From Fonticula-like sp. SCN 57-25 (taxonomy: Eukaryota): a stretch of 47,034 nt of DNA. The position numbers were made by a program, and so were the translations under genes. The stretch lies in NCBI GenBank assembly GCA_001724245.1, contig MEDX01000017.1:1-47034 (forward strand), written 5' to 3'. Under the pieces are notes generated by a model. The model saw only the letters and a list, made by a program, of their open reading frames with translations, was not told where the DNA came from and did not search any database. Shown here piece after piece: positions 1 to 11,600 of this stretch. Position 1 is the first letter of the stretch. Every line of letters begins with the position of its first letter.

Positions 1-2138
1 CAGTGATGGAGCAAGCGCGCGCCGGTGAACCGGTGTAGCCGGAAACGCAGGTGCCGGCGGCGTTGTCACCGGAATTCGTCAGCGGCCAGTTCGCGTTCTG
101 ATAGCCGTTCACAGCAGCGCATGTAATCCCTAGGTAGGAAAGTGAGCAGTCTGTAGCTACTAACAATAAGCAACGCACTGATGCAGCTACCGGTGACGGT
201 GGACGACCAGGCGCCGGCCGAGCAGAGGCGAGTGGGTGCGCCGCTGTAGCCCGCATTGCACGTGCCGGTTGCGGTAACATCATGCGACGTCAGCGGCCAG
301 GTCACAAAACGCGCCGCGTCCACCTGAGCCGCGCAATTCAACGCTGCAAAGTGGCACTGTTAGCACAAATACACCATGCGGACTCGAGGCGTACCGACAC
401 AAGGCGAAGTGACCGTTCCCCAGGTGCCCGACGCTGAGCACGTGCTCTTGGGCGAGCCGCCATACCCGCTTACGCATGTTCCAGTCGCGGTCACCAGGCT
501 GTTCGTTGCGGGGAACACGGCAGTGCCGATCGTCTGGGCGCTACACACGTATTCTGCGACGATCGCGCGCGGGATCTTGTGAGAACAGATCGAGAAGGAG
601 AAAGTGGCGTACGGGTACATCCCGGCGATGCAGTCGTCGCCCAGACTCCGGTATTGCCACAAGCCAACTTGGGGGTACCATACCAGCCAGACACGCAGGT
701 TCCGGTGGCGGTGGTCCCGGCGTTGGACAAGGGGTACGAAGCGCTGCCCGGCCCCGAAGCCAAAGCCGCACATGTAATTTCTGAAATGGTGACGTCAGCG
801 TTATGTGGATCACTCGCATCCATTGGTCGTACTGGTGCACTGCGTTCCTGTCAATGCTCCGAAAGTTCCGTCGGTGCACAGCGACTTTGGCGCGCCGGTA
901 AAGGTCGTGAGGCATGTGCCGCTGCCGGTGACGCCGTGGTTGGTAAGTGGGAACGCTGCGTTGCTGATCGTCGCGGCAGCGCAATTGTTGAAAACTAACA
1001 AGAAAATGCAATGAATAAAAAGCCAGGTCCGATGAAACATCGTACGGCGGCAGGAGGTGCCCGAGCCGGTGTAACCAGAATTGCAGGCGCAAGTACCGGC
1101 GCTTTGGTTGCAGGTCGCGTTCGGGTCGCACGTGAGGTAATCAAACGCAATGAATGCACGATATGACGTTCCAGAAACCCAGCCGTAGTATGTCAACAGT
1201 ACATTATCGATGTATGTGTGGCGAATGCCAGTCTGCAACAGGCCCCTTAGCAAGCAGATACGGCCGCAAAGTCACCTCGCACCTTGCTGTTGGAAAGTCG
1301 GACTGCTGCGTTCAGTGTGGCTGCAGTGATCTGGACACCGCCAAAGCTATCAGGACAAAAAAGCAATAATTATTATTATAGCAACAAAGAGCAACAACGC
1401 TTGTCAGGCGCATACCTCCCATTCGTAATGTACTTGGTCGCGGTCGCCATTGCACCCAGGCGTGTAGAAACCGAGGGCTGGTTGTTGAACGTAATACTCG
1501 CATGAGTCCTAACATGGAGACGCAAGTTCGCAACTCGATCAGCTGTGCGCTCGTTGGTAATTGTCCGGGGGCGCGCACCATGTTGCCGTCGGCACATCGA
1601 CGCGGATCTGACTAAACGTACGAGTCAAAGTGGTTGCCGAGGTGGGCATCACGTTGAAGACGGGGGTACCATATGCGCAAAAACGCGTCGGCGTCGGCTG
1701 CAAGGTATGCCGAAGCGCAATATTAGGTCGCGCGACCAAAAGAAAATTGAAAACATAATGTCAACATTGGGCATTCGATGCGTACCGCAATCGTCGCGAA
1801 GTTGAATTGGTGGTAGAGATATAGAGCGGCCGCGGATCCGGATCCGAGGTTATAGTAGTATGTATTCTCTATGCAATGGAATAATATTATGTCAGTTTGG
1901 CCCTGTATAAATTATCCACCGACGACGTACTGTGAGGACCAAAGTTATCTCCCTTCGCGTGAGTGGACGTATAGTCCCCTGCGAACTCGTACGCCCTGCT
2001 GTCGTTCACGCTGCTTACTGCGACGCAAAAAGGAGTCAAATACAACTGTCAGTTGGAGGAAGGGCTAAGGTTTGGGCGATTCGCACCGCATAGTAGAACG
2101 GCCGCCAGCACCGCTAGCGCGGCCCTCCACTTCGCCAT
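1..2138 (-). CDS. Secreted/cell-surface cysteine-rich protein: signal peptide, unknown N-terminal region, EGF-like domain, then at least 5 tandem HRM-like repeats; multi-exon, runs off the left edge
   Basis: ATG at 2138 gives MAKWRAALAVLAAVLLC (signal peptide) followed by a GTGCGA donor at 2086. EGF-like CDPNATCNQSAGTCACNSGYTGSGTSC lies at about 1050-1130. Repeats of the form C..WP.T..G..ATGTC..GY.G.P.R.C...G.W.....C are separated by phase-1 introns at 995-1045, 781-832, 554-612, 344-394 and 130-178. Exon structure between about 1150 and 2045 is not fully resolved. Confidence 0.75.
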
Positions 2139-2789
2139 GACGCGACTCTCCGTTGTGCCGGCGTTTTGCCCTTTTCCCTTTCCCGTGCCTTGTTTCAAAA
2201 CTGCAAATGAGGACCTCCTGATTGGCGGATGAAGTACGGGGCTCTTTTTTTGATTGGACAACTTTTCATCGTGTGGAGAAGCCCACCAATGAATGCAATG
2301 CAATTTGGCAACGCGTCGCGAAACCCCAACCATAAGTGGTCCAATCGCATGACCAGACCATTCAAGGTGGTAATCTGGGGCTGACCTCTGATTCCACCCC
2401 TGCTAATCGTTTATGTATCAAACCGGCCGGCCTGTCCTTGGCACAAGCAAAGGGATTAGATAAACTGAACCTGGACCCGTTGAGTGAAATATCGCATTTC
2501 ACAAGCAGAATACAGGCATCACACTTTCAAGAGCGGGCTCGATGAAAGATATGACAAGTGATTCTGGTGTCACATTCCTTACTCTGCCTTGACAGTTGCT
2601 GCGACGCTCCGTCCTATTTACCATACAAAAGTCCATGCTGGTGCACGCTTCCATGACCTATTTGTTTCGAATGACCATTGGTAAGGTAAGAACGATTCTA
2701 CGAGTACTTGTCCGCCAGCCATCAGTAGAATCCGCTGAATGAAAAGGGGCGTATTCGTTGAAGGCATATTATATGTTGAAAAGTAAAAG

Positions 2790-3556
2790 TTACAAAGCTT
2801 GCACAGCGGCCGGCCCAGCAGGGGCAATAGGCAACGGTGCCGAAAGGTTAACTTCGATGTTGCGCACACCCGAAGCATCAACCACCTTGAAAGTAAACTT
2901 GTCCTGGTTGATGATGAAACGCGTCTTGAGCTCGCCGATGCACATCTTGACCAGCTCGATGGCCTCATGAAGCTCCATATTGGGGCGGTAGTGCCTATCC
3001 AGCGTGGAAAGGACAAAGTACCCAACGTAACCGTGGGTGCCGAAATTCACCTTCTGGATTGAACCCATGTAGTCCATCCAGTAGAGCTCAGGGCCAGTCT
3101 CGGTGTCGTAGCCGGCAATAAGTACATTCACAACATACTGAGACTAAAGCGGTGAGAGCCAAAGTTAGCTACCATGGTGACGGCCAACGAGCGAGCGGAG
3201 CGGACCCTCGAACGCAGGCTCTTGGCGAGCTCGCTGCGGACAAAGTGCGCGGCCGCGCGGGGTGTCAACTCGAGATTGTGACGAATCGCGTACAACCGCA
3301 CATTCTTCTGAATGTACTCGGCAAACTATAAAGAGGTTAAAGTTAGGGTTAGCGGCACAATAGGTCATAAACGCGGCATCACGGCACGCACGTTAACAGT
3401 GTCGCCAGACTCTCCCGAAAACAACATGGTGAGCCGGGGGCCCAAATCGCGCGTCTTGTCCTCGTCGTTCTTAAAAAGCATAAACGAGCGGCCAGCATTG
3501 CTGTCCGACGCCGTCAGGACAAAGTCCTTGCCAACAACACCAATCAAGCTCTCCAT
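2790..3556 (-). CDS. PSMB2: 20S proteasome subunit beta type-2 (beta4/Pre1), 3 exons
   Basis: Spliced product [18 protein letters not shown]...[24 protein letters not shown]...[45 protein letters not shown]...[16 protein letters not shown]. Introns at 3326-3391 and about 3144-3205. Confidence 0.96.
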
Positions 3557-3688
3557 TGCCGCCCGACAGCCAACCCAAGGACAGAGGAAAGAACTGACGA
3601 ATGTGCGTATCAGATTCAGGCCTGCCACAGGGTTGTGGGCTAATTCGACGTTGATCCAAAATTTGGCGCGAACGGCGAGCGGCAGACG

Positions 3689-4582
3689 ATGGACCGCCTG
3701 CTTGCCAAGGAAGTGACGACAGTCGCGGTCTGTGCAGGCTTGCTGCTCTGGCTGAGTGGCCCGTGGGCCCTTGCAGCAAATTTTTTTGTTGTGAGTTTAT
3801 TCTTGTTTGGCAACATGTATGTTGTTCCGCTTCTCGACAAAGCCGAGCTTGGATCGTCGCGGAGCGATACGCTAAGGGACTCCAGGGCAGTGGTCTGCGA
3901 TGCTACCGTAGGAATAGGCCCGTCCCTCGTGCGGGATTTGGCGCAACGAGGAGTTCATTTAGCGCTTGTGTCCGAAAATAGCTCGCAGCTGGATCAGCTT
4001 GCGGAAGAGGCACTGGCGCTCGGCGCGCCAACTGTCCGTCCGATCAGAGCGCATGCTGGCTCCTTTGCCGCCAGCAAAGACGTCCTTTGGCGCTCGTCTG
4101 TTGCACTGGGTGGGCGCCTTGACGTGCTTGTTGTAAACCTATCGTGGCCAATGGAGGTGGGGACCGGCAAGCACGAGTCTTCTGACGTAGCAGTCGAGCG
4201 GATATTTGCAAACCATTGTTTTAGCGCAATCAACCTATGCTCGCAGGCTCTTCCTTTACTGTCCGCTTCCAATGGGCGAGCCCTTCTTGTGTGCTCGCCT
4301 GGTGAGCGCGTTGCAAAATCGTCGGCGCCCAGCTATTCAAGCTGCGCAGCGGCGCTGAATGCGTGGGTTAACTCTACGCGGCTGACTTGGACGAATGTCA
4401 GCCTGACGATTGGCCATGCATACCCGCTGGAGCCCGACACACGCGTGGCGGCAAGTTTTGTTTGCGGACTCTCTGCAAGGAGATCAGATGTGTGGGTGTC
4501 TTCTGTGAATGCGGTTTTTTTGCGGATAGCAGAGGTTTTGCCAGCGATCGCGAGTCGCATGTCCCACTCGGTTGCTTTGTAA
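3689..4582 (+). CDS. Short-chain dehydrogenase/reductase-fold protein with N-terminal membrane anchor (11beta-HSD/DHRS7-like); catalytic motifs degenerate
   Basis: Hydrophobic N-terminus. AVVCDATVGIG corresponds to the TGxxxGIG site, GGRLDVLVVN is the SDR beta4 motif, and YSSCA sits where YxxxK is expected. Confidence 0.75.
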   Translation: MDRLLAKEVTTVAVCAGLLLWLSGPWALAANFFVVSLFLFGNMYVVPLLDKAELGSSRSDTLRDSRAVVCDATVGIGPSLVRDLAQRGVHLALVSENSSQLDQLAEEALALGAPTVRPIRAHAGSFAASKDVLWRSSVALGGRLDVLVVNLSWPMEVGTGKHESSDVAVERIFANHCFSAINLCSQALPLLSASNGRALLVCSPGERVAKSSAPSYSSCAAALNAWVNSTRLTWTNVSLTIGHAYPLEPDTRVAASFVCGLSARRSDVWVSSVNAVFLRIAEVLPAIASRMSHSVAL

Positions 4583-4660
4583 ATAATCTGGTGTATTAGT
4601 AGCACGTATGTAATAAATGTGTGTTTACAATATGATTTGTGATTCTGTATCACGAAAAGC

Positions 4661-5593
4661 TCAAACGGTCCGTTTGCCCGGCGACTTTTTGAGCTTGTTG
4701 TGCAGCTCGATGATTCGCCTCCAGGACTGCTCGATCTCCTCGGTGATGACCGGGCGCTCGCGCTCCGACGGCTTGGGCGACTCGCGCATCTCGTCGTCCA
4801 CAAGGTCACCAAGAAGCACGTCCGCATTGTAGCGATTAATCACTACAATGACATCGTTCCCAGAGACGCTGACGCCAGCCATGAGGCCATCGTAGGCGGG
4901 GAGCGTCGCGACGATGCGCAGCATGCCAAGGATCGGCCGCTTTGCCATGTAGGTTTCCCACTCTTGCCGCTGCACGAGCTGCTTCTGCCCAAGAAAGGCG
5001 CGCCGCAAGTCGGACTTGGCCATCTCTTGCTCGCCGTTCAGCAGCGAGTTACTCCACCGCCAGTCCTTGGCGATCAGCGAAAACGCATACTGACCGGGTG
5101 CGTCCGGCGTATCGAAAAATGCGTAGGAGCGACACCGTACGTGGTTGGTGGCGAGTGACACAGCCGACGTAGGGCGTGCCTCGAGCCGTCGGATGGCGGC
5201 TTGGAGAGGTGACATGCCCTTGCCGCCAAACTCGCGCTGATCGTCATCGATGCGGTTGAACCGCACCGTCGCAGTGGAGCACCACGACGGCAGCGCTGGT
5301 ACATCGGGCCCTTTTAAAAAGTCAATTTCACTCACGGGCAGACCCTGGTACTTTGTCATAAACGTCGTCAAGCAAAGCTCTGGAAAGAACTGCCGCCCGA
5401 ACCGCGTTGAACGCTCAAAGTACGCCTCGCGGGCTAGGCGGGTCTGCTCGGCGAGCGTCGGTGCCTCCAGAAGCTCGGCGCGCGTTCCCGACACCACCGC
5501 AGCGACATCCTGCCACAACTTGTTGTTCACCTCGCGAACGACCGGAACTCGCGGCGGCCGGGGGCTCGCCAGCAGGCGCGTCCAGCACGCCAT
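4661..5593 (-). CDS. Hypothetical protein, about 310 aa, intronless
   Basis: Long stop-free ORF with coding-like GC3 and globular composition. ATG at 5593 is preceded by the TTTGCAG repeat element and lies head-to-head with NBAS. Confidence 0.7.
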   Translation of the reverse strand: MACWTRLLASPRPPRVPVVREVNNKLWQDVAAVVSGTRAELLEAPTLAEQTRLAREAYFERSTRFGRQFFPELCLTTFMTKYQGLPVSEIDFLKGPDVPALPSWCSTATVRFNRIDDDQREFGGKGMSPLQAAIRRLEARPTSAVSLATNHVRCRSYAFFDTPDAPGQYAFSLIAKDWRWSNSLLNGEQEMAKSDLRRAFLGQKQLVQRQEWETYMAKRPILGMLRIVATLPAYDGLMAGVSVSGNDVIVVINRYNADVLLGDLVDDEMRESPKPSERERPVITEEIEQSWRRIIELHNKLKKSPGKRTV

Positions 5594-5696
5594 GGTCAGA
5601 CCGCAACGTCGGCGCAACGGTCGCCAAACTCAAACTGCAAACTGCAAACCGTGCTCGATTACGTTGCCTGGCCTGGAGGGACGCGCCGGCGGGACG

Positions 5697-8600
5697 ATGG
5701 GAGACGCACTCCTGTTCAATACAGTCTCCGCGGCGACATGGTGCGCAGTTGGACGCTTTGTTGATCAGTGCTGTGTTTGCATTTCTCACGATTTACTGTA
5801 GGGAAGGCGTCTCGCGACGGGATGCCCCCGAGCCTTCGAGTCTCTTTCGATCGCCGTGGGCGCGGCCGCAGAATTTGCCCTGGTCGCCGCAGCTGCCCCC
5901 AGCGTACATGCGGTCACTAGAATCGCTTCGTCCCCTGTGGCAGTTTTCTTTGTCACCGAATGGGCTGTTGCTGGCGATAGTGAAGGATTCCGCGATTGAG
6001 GTGAGGCCAATGTGCGCGGGGACGACCGGGCATGCGTCAGCGCGGGTAGAAGCAGACACATGGAGCAAGTGGAGGCAGCTAGCATGGAGCACAGACAGCA
6101 AGTACATCGTTTTATCGAGCAGTGGCGGGACTGTTCGCGTGCTTAGAGCGGACGATCTTGGACTTGTGTGTACTCTTTCTCGCTCGACAGACCTGCGCGT
6201 TCATCCTACGCTTGTCAACCCGCTCGCCGCGATCGAGATGCGGGCGCCTGCAATGCCATCATTTAACGGGCATAAATACTCGCATGAGCTTTTATTACTT
6301 GACTATGATGGGACGCTACGGAGTTTTATGCTCAACGCGGCCGATCTTGCTGCCCTGAACCAAGGAAACCCGCCCTCCCCGCGTTCGCAGTTTGCATTTT
6401 CAGACACGGGCGCCGTCGACGGCCTGTGCCGGCGCTTCTTCCGCGTCTCGTTTTCGCGCCACTTTCGCTATACAATGTGCATATCCATGCGGGACGACGG
6501 GGAAACGCTTCTTGTCGGCGGCGTAGGCTGCGACGGGCAGCCTGCTTGGCGCGCCTGGGCGACTCTGCCAGAGTTCCCTCATTTCCGGCGGCTCGACGCG
6601 CCCAACAAGGCCGACAATGTTAACCTTGAGGATGTGCCCGAGCAGACGAGTCGCGGATGGTTTGGATCTCTATCGCTCCGCTCTGCGCCTTCAGAGCCCC
6701 TTTCCACCTACTTGACGTCGATGCACTTTTCGCCCGACGGGACGCGCTTCGCCGCCGCCGACACTGCCGGCCACGTTGTGGTCGTGCCGACCGCTCGCAT
6801 GAGCGAGCCCATAAGCCTTGCGGCCGAGTCGTCGGCCGTCTGCGGTGTCTGGTGGTGGTCCGACACCGATCTCGCGCTCGTGTGCCACAGCGGCCTGGTC
6901 AAGATGGTCGGGATAGATTCGCCCGCGCTGCCTGAGCGGCTCAACACGCAGTTTGCCGAGGCCCCACTATTGCTGGGCCGCCGTGCGGGCGCGGCGCCTG
7001 CTATGCTTATACTTGACCACCAGGAGCGGCGGCTGCACATCCTCTGGCGCGGAACTCACCAGATGACGCTGGCTCGCGCCGAGCACGTCAATGAAGGGGA
7101 GTACGGTGATGACGAAGAGGACGGTGAGGAAGCGGGCGAGAACGCCGACACGGCACTCCAGCGGATACTCTCGACGCTCGTGCGGCCGCTCACGGTCGTC
7201 ACAGAGTACCTTTTGTGGACCTTTGACGACGACAAGTTTGTGCAGCGCAAGCGCATCCGCGCCTCAAAGAGCACCTACCGGCTGCTGGCGCTGGAACAGA
7301 CGACGCCACGAGAACTAGTAGACGCCAAGGTCGCGGGCGGGCACTTTGCCGATGCCCTGGCCGTCGCCCGCACGCACAACCTCCCGACTAACTCCATCTA
7401 TGCGGCTCAATGGGAGACGGTGCCCATGTCGCTCATGTCGATCCAGGACATCCTCGTAAACATCACAGATCCGCTTCTCGTCATCAAGCTGTGCCTCGAA
7501 AATGTCCCCGAGACGGTCGAAGTGGCCCGCGCGCTTCTCGACCATGCGCTCAAGCAGACCGATGTAGTGAAAAAGGCTCACGCGGGCGCCTATATTGACC
7601 GCGCGTCGCTCTCGGAGCTCGAGCTGCAGCTGTGCCGGCACCGCCTGGCGATCCTCGATCTGCAGGATCGCTTGGCCAGCACTGTGGCGCTCCTGGCAAA
7701 GGATGGCGACGGCGAGCAGGGCGAGTACAGCTTCCGGTGGACATTCGAGTCAATCCGCAACTGTGACCTCGTGGCCTTTGCCGCGGATCTTGCGGCGCAG
7801 CGCAGCATCGAGGCCGTCCACCTTCTCTACGTCCGCCACACGGCGCAGCTTGCCCCGTATCGCCTCGCGATCCTCCAGCTCATCCCAGAGGTCGTCTCTC
7901 CGCGCGACTATGCAGCGTTGCTCCCGCGCTGGGAGAACGACACGGAAGCGTGGGTTGCGCCAGAGCCGTGGCGCGAGCCCGACTGGCTTGAGGGGCAGCC
8001 GTGGCTAGCCGACATTGCGCCCGTGACCGAGCGCACGCACGTTCTCTCCTCGCAGTCGCTGCCGGCGCCCCGCGAGGTGCTTGCCAGGTGGTTCCGCCAC
8101 CGCGCTGTCGAGATCGACGCGGTTGCCGGCCAGACGGACTTTGCCGTCGACCTCGCGCGCCTCGCTGTAGACAATGGGTTCACCGAGCTCGAAAGGACGG
8201 TCCGCGACTTTTCGCTCTTTGCGAGCGTGCTTATGGACGTCGGGCCCGTCGCGGAGAGCGTGCTGGATCTCTCTTTTGCCGAGTTTGATGCGTCGCCAAC
8301 CAACCGACGCCTGGATCTGCTGCGCAACGGCGCTGATGCCGATATTTTTGCCATGCGGCTCGCCCGGCACGCCCCGGACCTTTTTCACGACGCGCCTGCG
8401 AGCACTATTGCAGACTATCTTGTCGAGCAGTGCGCCAAGTCGGAGGAAGGCTTGCGCTTGGCCATCGCCGTGGCACGTGAGAGCGACCCCATCAGTGACC
8501 CGTCCCACAGGGTCGTGCCTGAGGAAGACGATCTGGTCGACCTCATCTTAAGGTGCATTGCAGCGGGCGTCAAGTTTGACACTGAGCTTCACCTTTCGCT

Positions 8601-11600
8601 CGCCGCGCTCATCCCAGAGTCGGCGCAGCAGGGCAGTCGAGCGGATGACGTCAAGCTGCTCCTGGCACGCGTACATTGCCTCAAGGGTATGGCCCGGTTC
8701 GGCGTATCATCCACGCTTGCCGAGCTCGTCGCGATGCACAACAACGCTGACGCGCAGCAGCGCTTCTTTGTGCGCCTCATCCGACGCGTTTCATCAAGGT
8801 GCGTGTCGCGGTTGCTCGGTTTATATATGCTAATGTGCCTCTCCCTAGCGAGCGCGACTATCGGAAACTGCTGTCATTCATTGAAGCGACGCGCGAGCAG
8901 CTTTGCCCGTCGATCCGCCTCTCATTTATCCACCGCCAGTTTGTCATTACGCTCATGACCGATGCCCGTACGCCTTGTTCCCGCTATGTTTCGAGCCCTG
9001 ACCTCGCGGCCAAAGGGATGTTTGGCGCCGCCCACGAGCTGCTCAGCGACCAGAAGCGCGACCCCTCATGGAAGCCGCTTGAAATCGACGACCGCGAGGA
9101 GCTTGTGCTGAGCGCGGCCGACGAGTTTTTCGACAATGCCGACGGCTGCGAGCCCGACAACCCTCTTCTCAATGCAGCATCTAGCTGGTTCGCCGCGCCA
9201 ACCCCGTCACTATTTTCACTAATGCCTCGCTCGCAGTCTCCTTGTCCTGAGCCCGCAGACACCGCGCACGACCGCAAAGCTCCGCCTCATTGAAGCTTGC
9301 CGCCTTCTCTTCCGCCTTCGCCATGGCTCTAATGTTGCCGAAGAGGCGGATGAAGTCATGTCGCCCGATTCCACCGCCGCACCCAAGCGCCTGCTGCCAA
9401 TTCAGGTTGGGCACTCGCGCGACCGCGTGGCACTTGTCGAGGAGGCGCTTGCAATGCGCCCCGTGCTGTGCGTACATGCCGACGACGTCTGGCGCCTGGC
9501 TGGTCTTCTCCTTGGCGCCGCTGACGACGCGCCGGTCACTGCTTTGGCCGCTGCGCCTCGCCTTCGCATCTCGGCCGCTCTCATTCGGGCCGCCGTCGCG
9601 TCCAACCACCTTGCGGCGGCCGTTACTCTCGTGCGTGCGCTGCAGGTGCCCCGCGCAGCGGACAACCAGACCCCTGCTGCGGTGCTAAAGGTCGTGTCGG
9701 AGGCGTGCCTCGCCGTCGCCGACGCCCCCGGCAAGCTCGGCCACGCGGGCCGTGTACTCGCAGCTCGGCACGCCGCCGCGTTTGCAGCCGGCGTCGACCG
9801 GGAAGCCGGTGCGCGGGCTCTGGCCCGCTTTGCTGCGCTAGAGTGTGCCGAGGTAGCTGATGAGACGCGGCCTGCCGACGCGCAGACGCCTCTGTCGCCC
9901 GCTGCGCTTGCCCAGGAGACGCAGCCGCTCGATTGGACGCGGCCGTGGCCCGCCGTGACGGTGCACTACCTGGCGCAGCAGCGGGCCGCGGCCCTCGCAT
10001 CAAGCAAGGAGCTCTTGTTTGATGAGCCGAGCGAGCACAGCGCGGCGTGCGGGGCGCTTCTCCCCGTCGATACGCACGGCGCCCTGGGCCTCGTGTTGGC
10101 GGCGAGTGAGCCAGGCCTCCTTGCCAACCTCTTTGGCGGGAGCAGCTCGCAGCTGTTTTCGGCGCACTTGGGGCTGTATGTCTACGGCCTGGACGCGCTG
10201 GCGAGCCTCGACGCTGCTGGCGACGAGCGCTTTGGGATCTCTGCTAGTCTGCGGTCCGTCGCCCAGGTGGAGGAGGCCGTCGAGCTGATGAGCAAGCTGG
10301 GCACAATGGCCCTGGCCGAGCCGGCGCGCGAGTCGGCCGGGCTGGCCATCGCGTTCCGCGAACGCAGTATTGAGGGGCGCATGGACGCCGAGGTGCAGCG
10401 GCTTCTTCAGGGTACAAAGGTTGAAAAGTCGCGCTGGCGAATCGACGTTTCGTACCGGCAGGCGTGCGTGCGCGAGCTCGCATCGACCGCCGACGCGGAT
10501 CAGTTTGAGCGCGCGGTAGCTCTGGCGGGGCCCGCTCGGCTCACGGCCAAGCAGGTGTGCGCTGCCAATATCGCTCACTTGATGGCGCTCGACGGGCCCG
10601 CGTTCCCGGTGGCGCTCGCCGCCATTAGCGAGGAGCGCCGCATCGAGCTCATGGAGGAAACCGACGAGCGCAAGATTCCAACAACAAGGTGCGTTGCGGG
10701 GATGTATGTGAGGCAGGTGTGGATAAAGATGTGTTGTGTCTACTGTGATTGTGGTGGCTCTCTGATGACTGCATGCCTCGAGATCCGGCGATGCGGACAG
10801 ATACGGGGCCTAGATTTCTTTTCTTTTCTTTTTTTTGCTGTGGGAATGGGACGCCGATATCGATATTCATACTTTACCCACTTGTCCAAAAATCCCTCTA
10901 CTGACACGACTGCAGCTCGCTTGGGTTCCAGTGGCTGACGGGCCGTTGGTGGCCGTTTGTTGTGCACTCGTACGCGGCGGACGCGTCTCCTTCTGCCGAT
11001 CTTTCGACCCTCAAAGCGACTCTACCCCTCCTGTCGCCGTCGGACACGGTGCAGGTGCTGGAGAGCACACTGCTTCAAAGCAGCCCGTCCCCGTGGAGCG
11101 TTCCCGCCAAGGTGCGCCGCGACATTGTCGCCGCCGCCGAGGCTGCCCTAGACGGCTGCGAGTGGGACGACGTCCAGGACCGGCTGGACACGGCGCGGCG
11201 CTTCATTGACGTGGTGCTTGAGGTGCACGCGGCCAACATTAGCGAGCGGTGGCAGCGCAAGGCGGAGCAGTCGCTCGGCAGCGAGGAGAAGTTGGTGACG
11301 CTCTGCCAGCGGCTCGCGCTCGACACTGACTACGAGTGGCCGAGCCTGCTGCACATGTGCGACATTCTGCAGCGCGCGTACGGCGGCGCAATGTTTAGCC
11401 GCGAGGCTGTGGTCGGCGCGACGGCCGAGCTGCTCGTCAGGAGCGCTGTTGCGGGTACGACGTCGGTCGTCGTCGCCGGCAATGTGTCGCTTGGTAGCCC
11501 GTGGACGGGAATCGCCACGCTGTCGCGGCATGTTATTCGGTCGGAGGACCCCCTCGGCGACAACGCGACGTCGTGCGAGCGCGCGCTGCTCGACCCCCTG

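Noticed and set aside
2330-2780. Possible small spliced gene between the first gene and PSMB2
   Set aside because: Some GT/AG signals are present, but I could not assemble a coherent reading frame or recognisable product.
5407-5696. N-terminal extension of the 1183-aa NBAS ORF
   Set aside because: It overlaps the opposite-strand ORF and promoter. The ATG at 5697 with intron 5741-5801 gives a better NBAS-like start.
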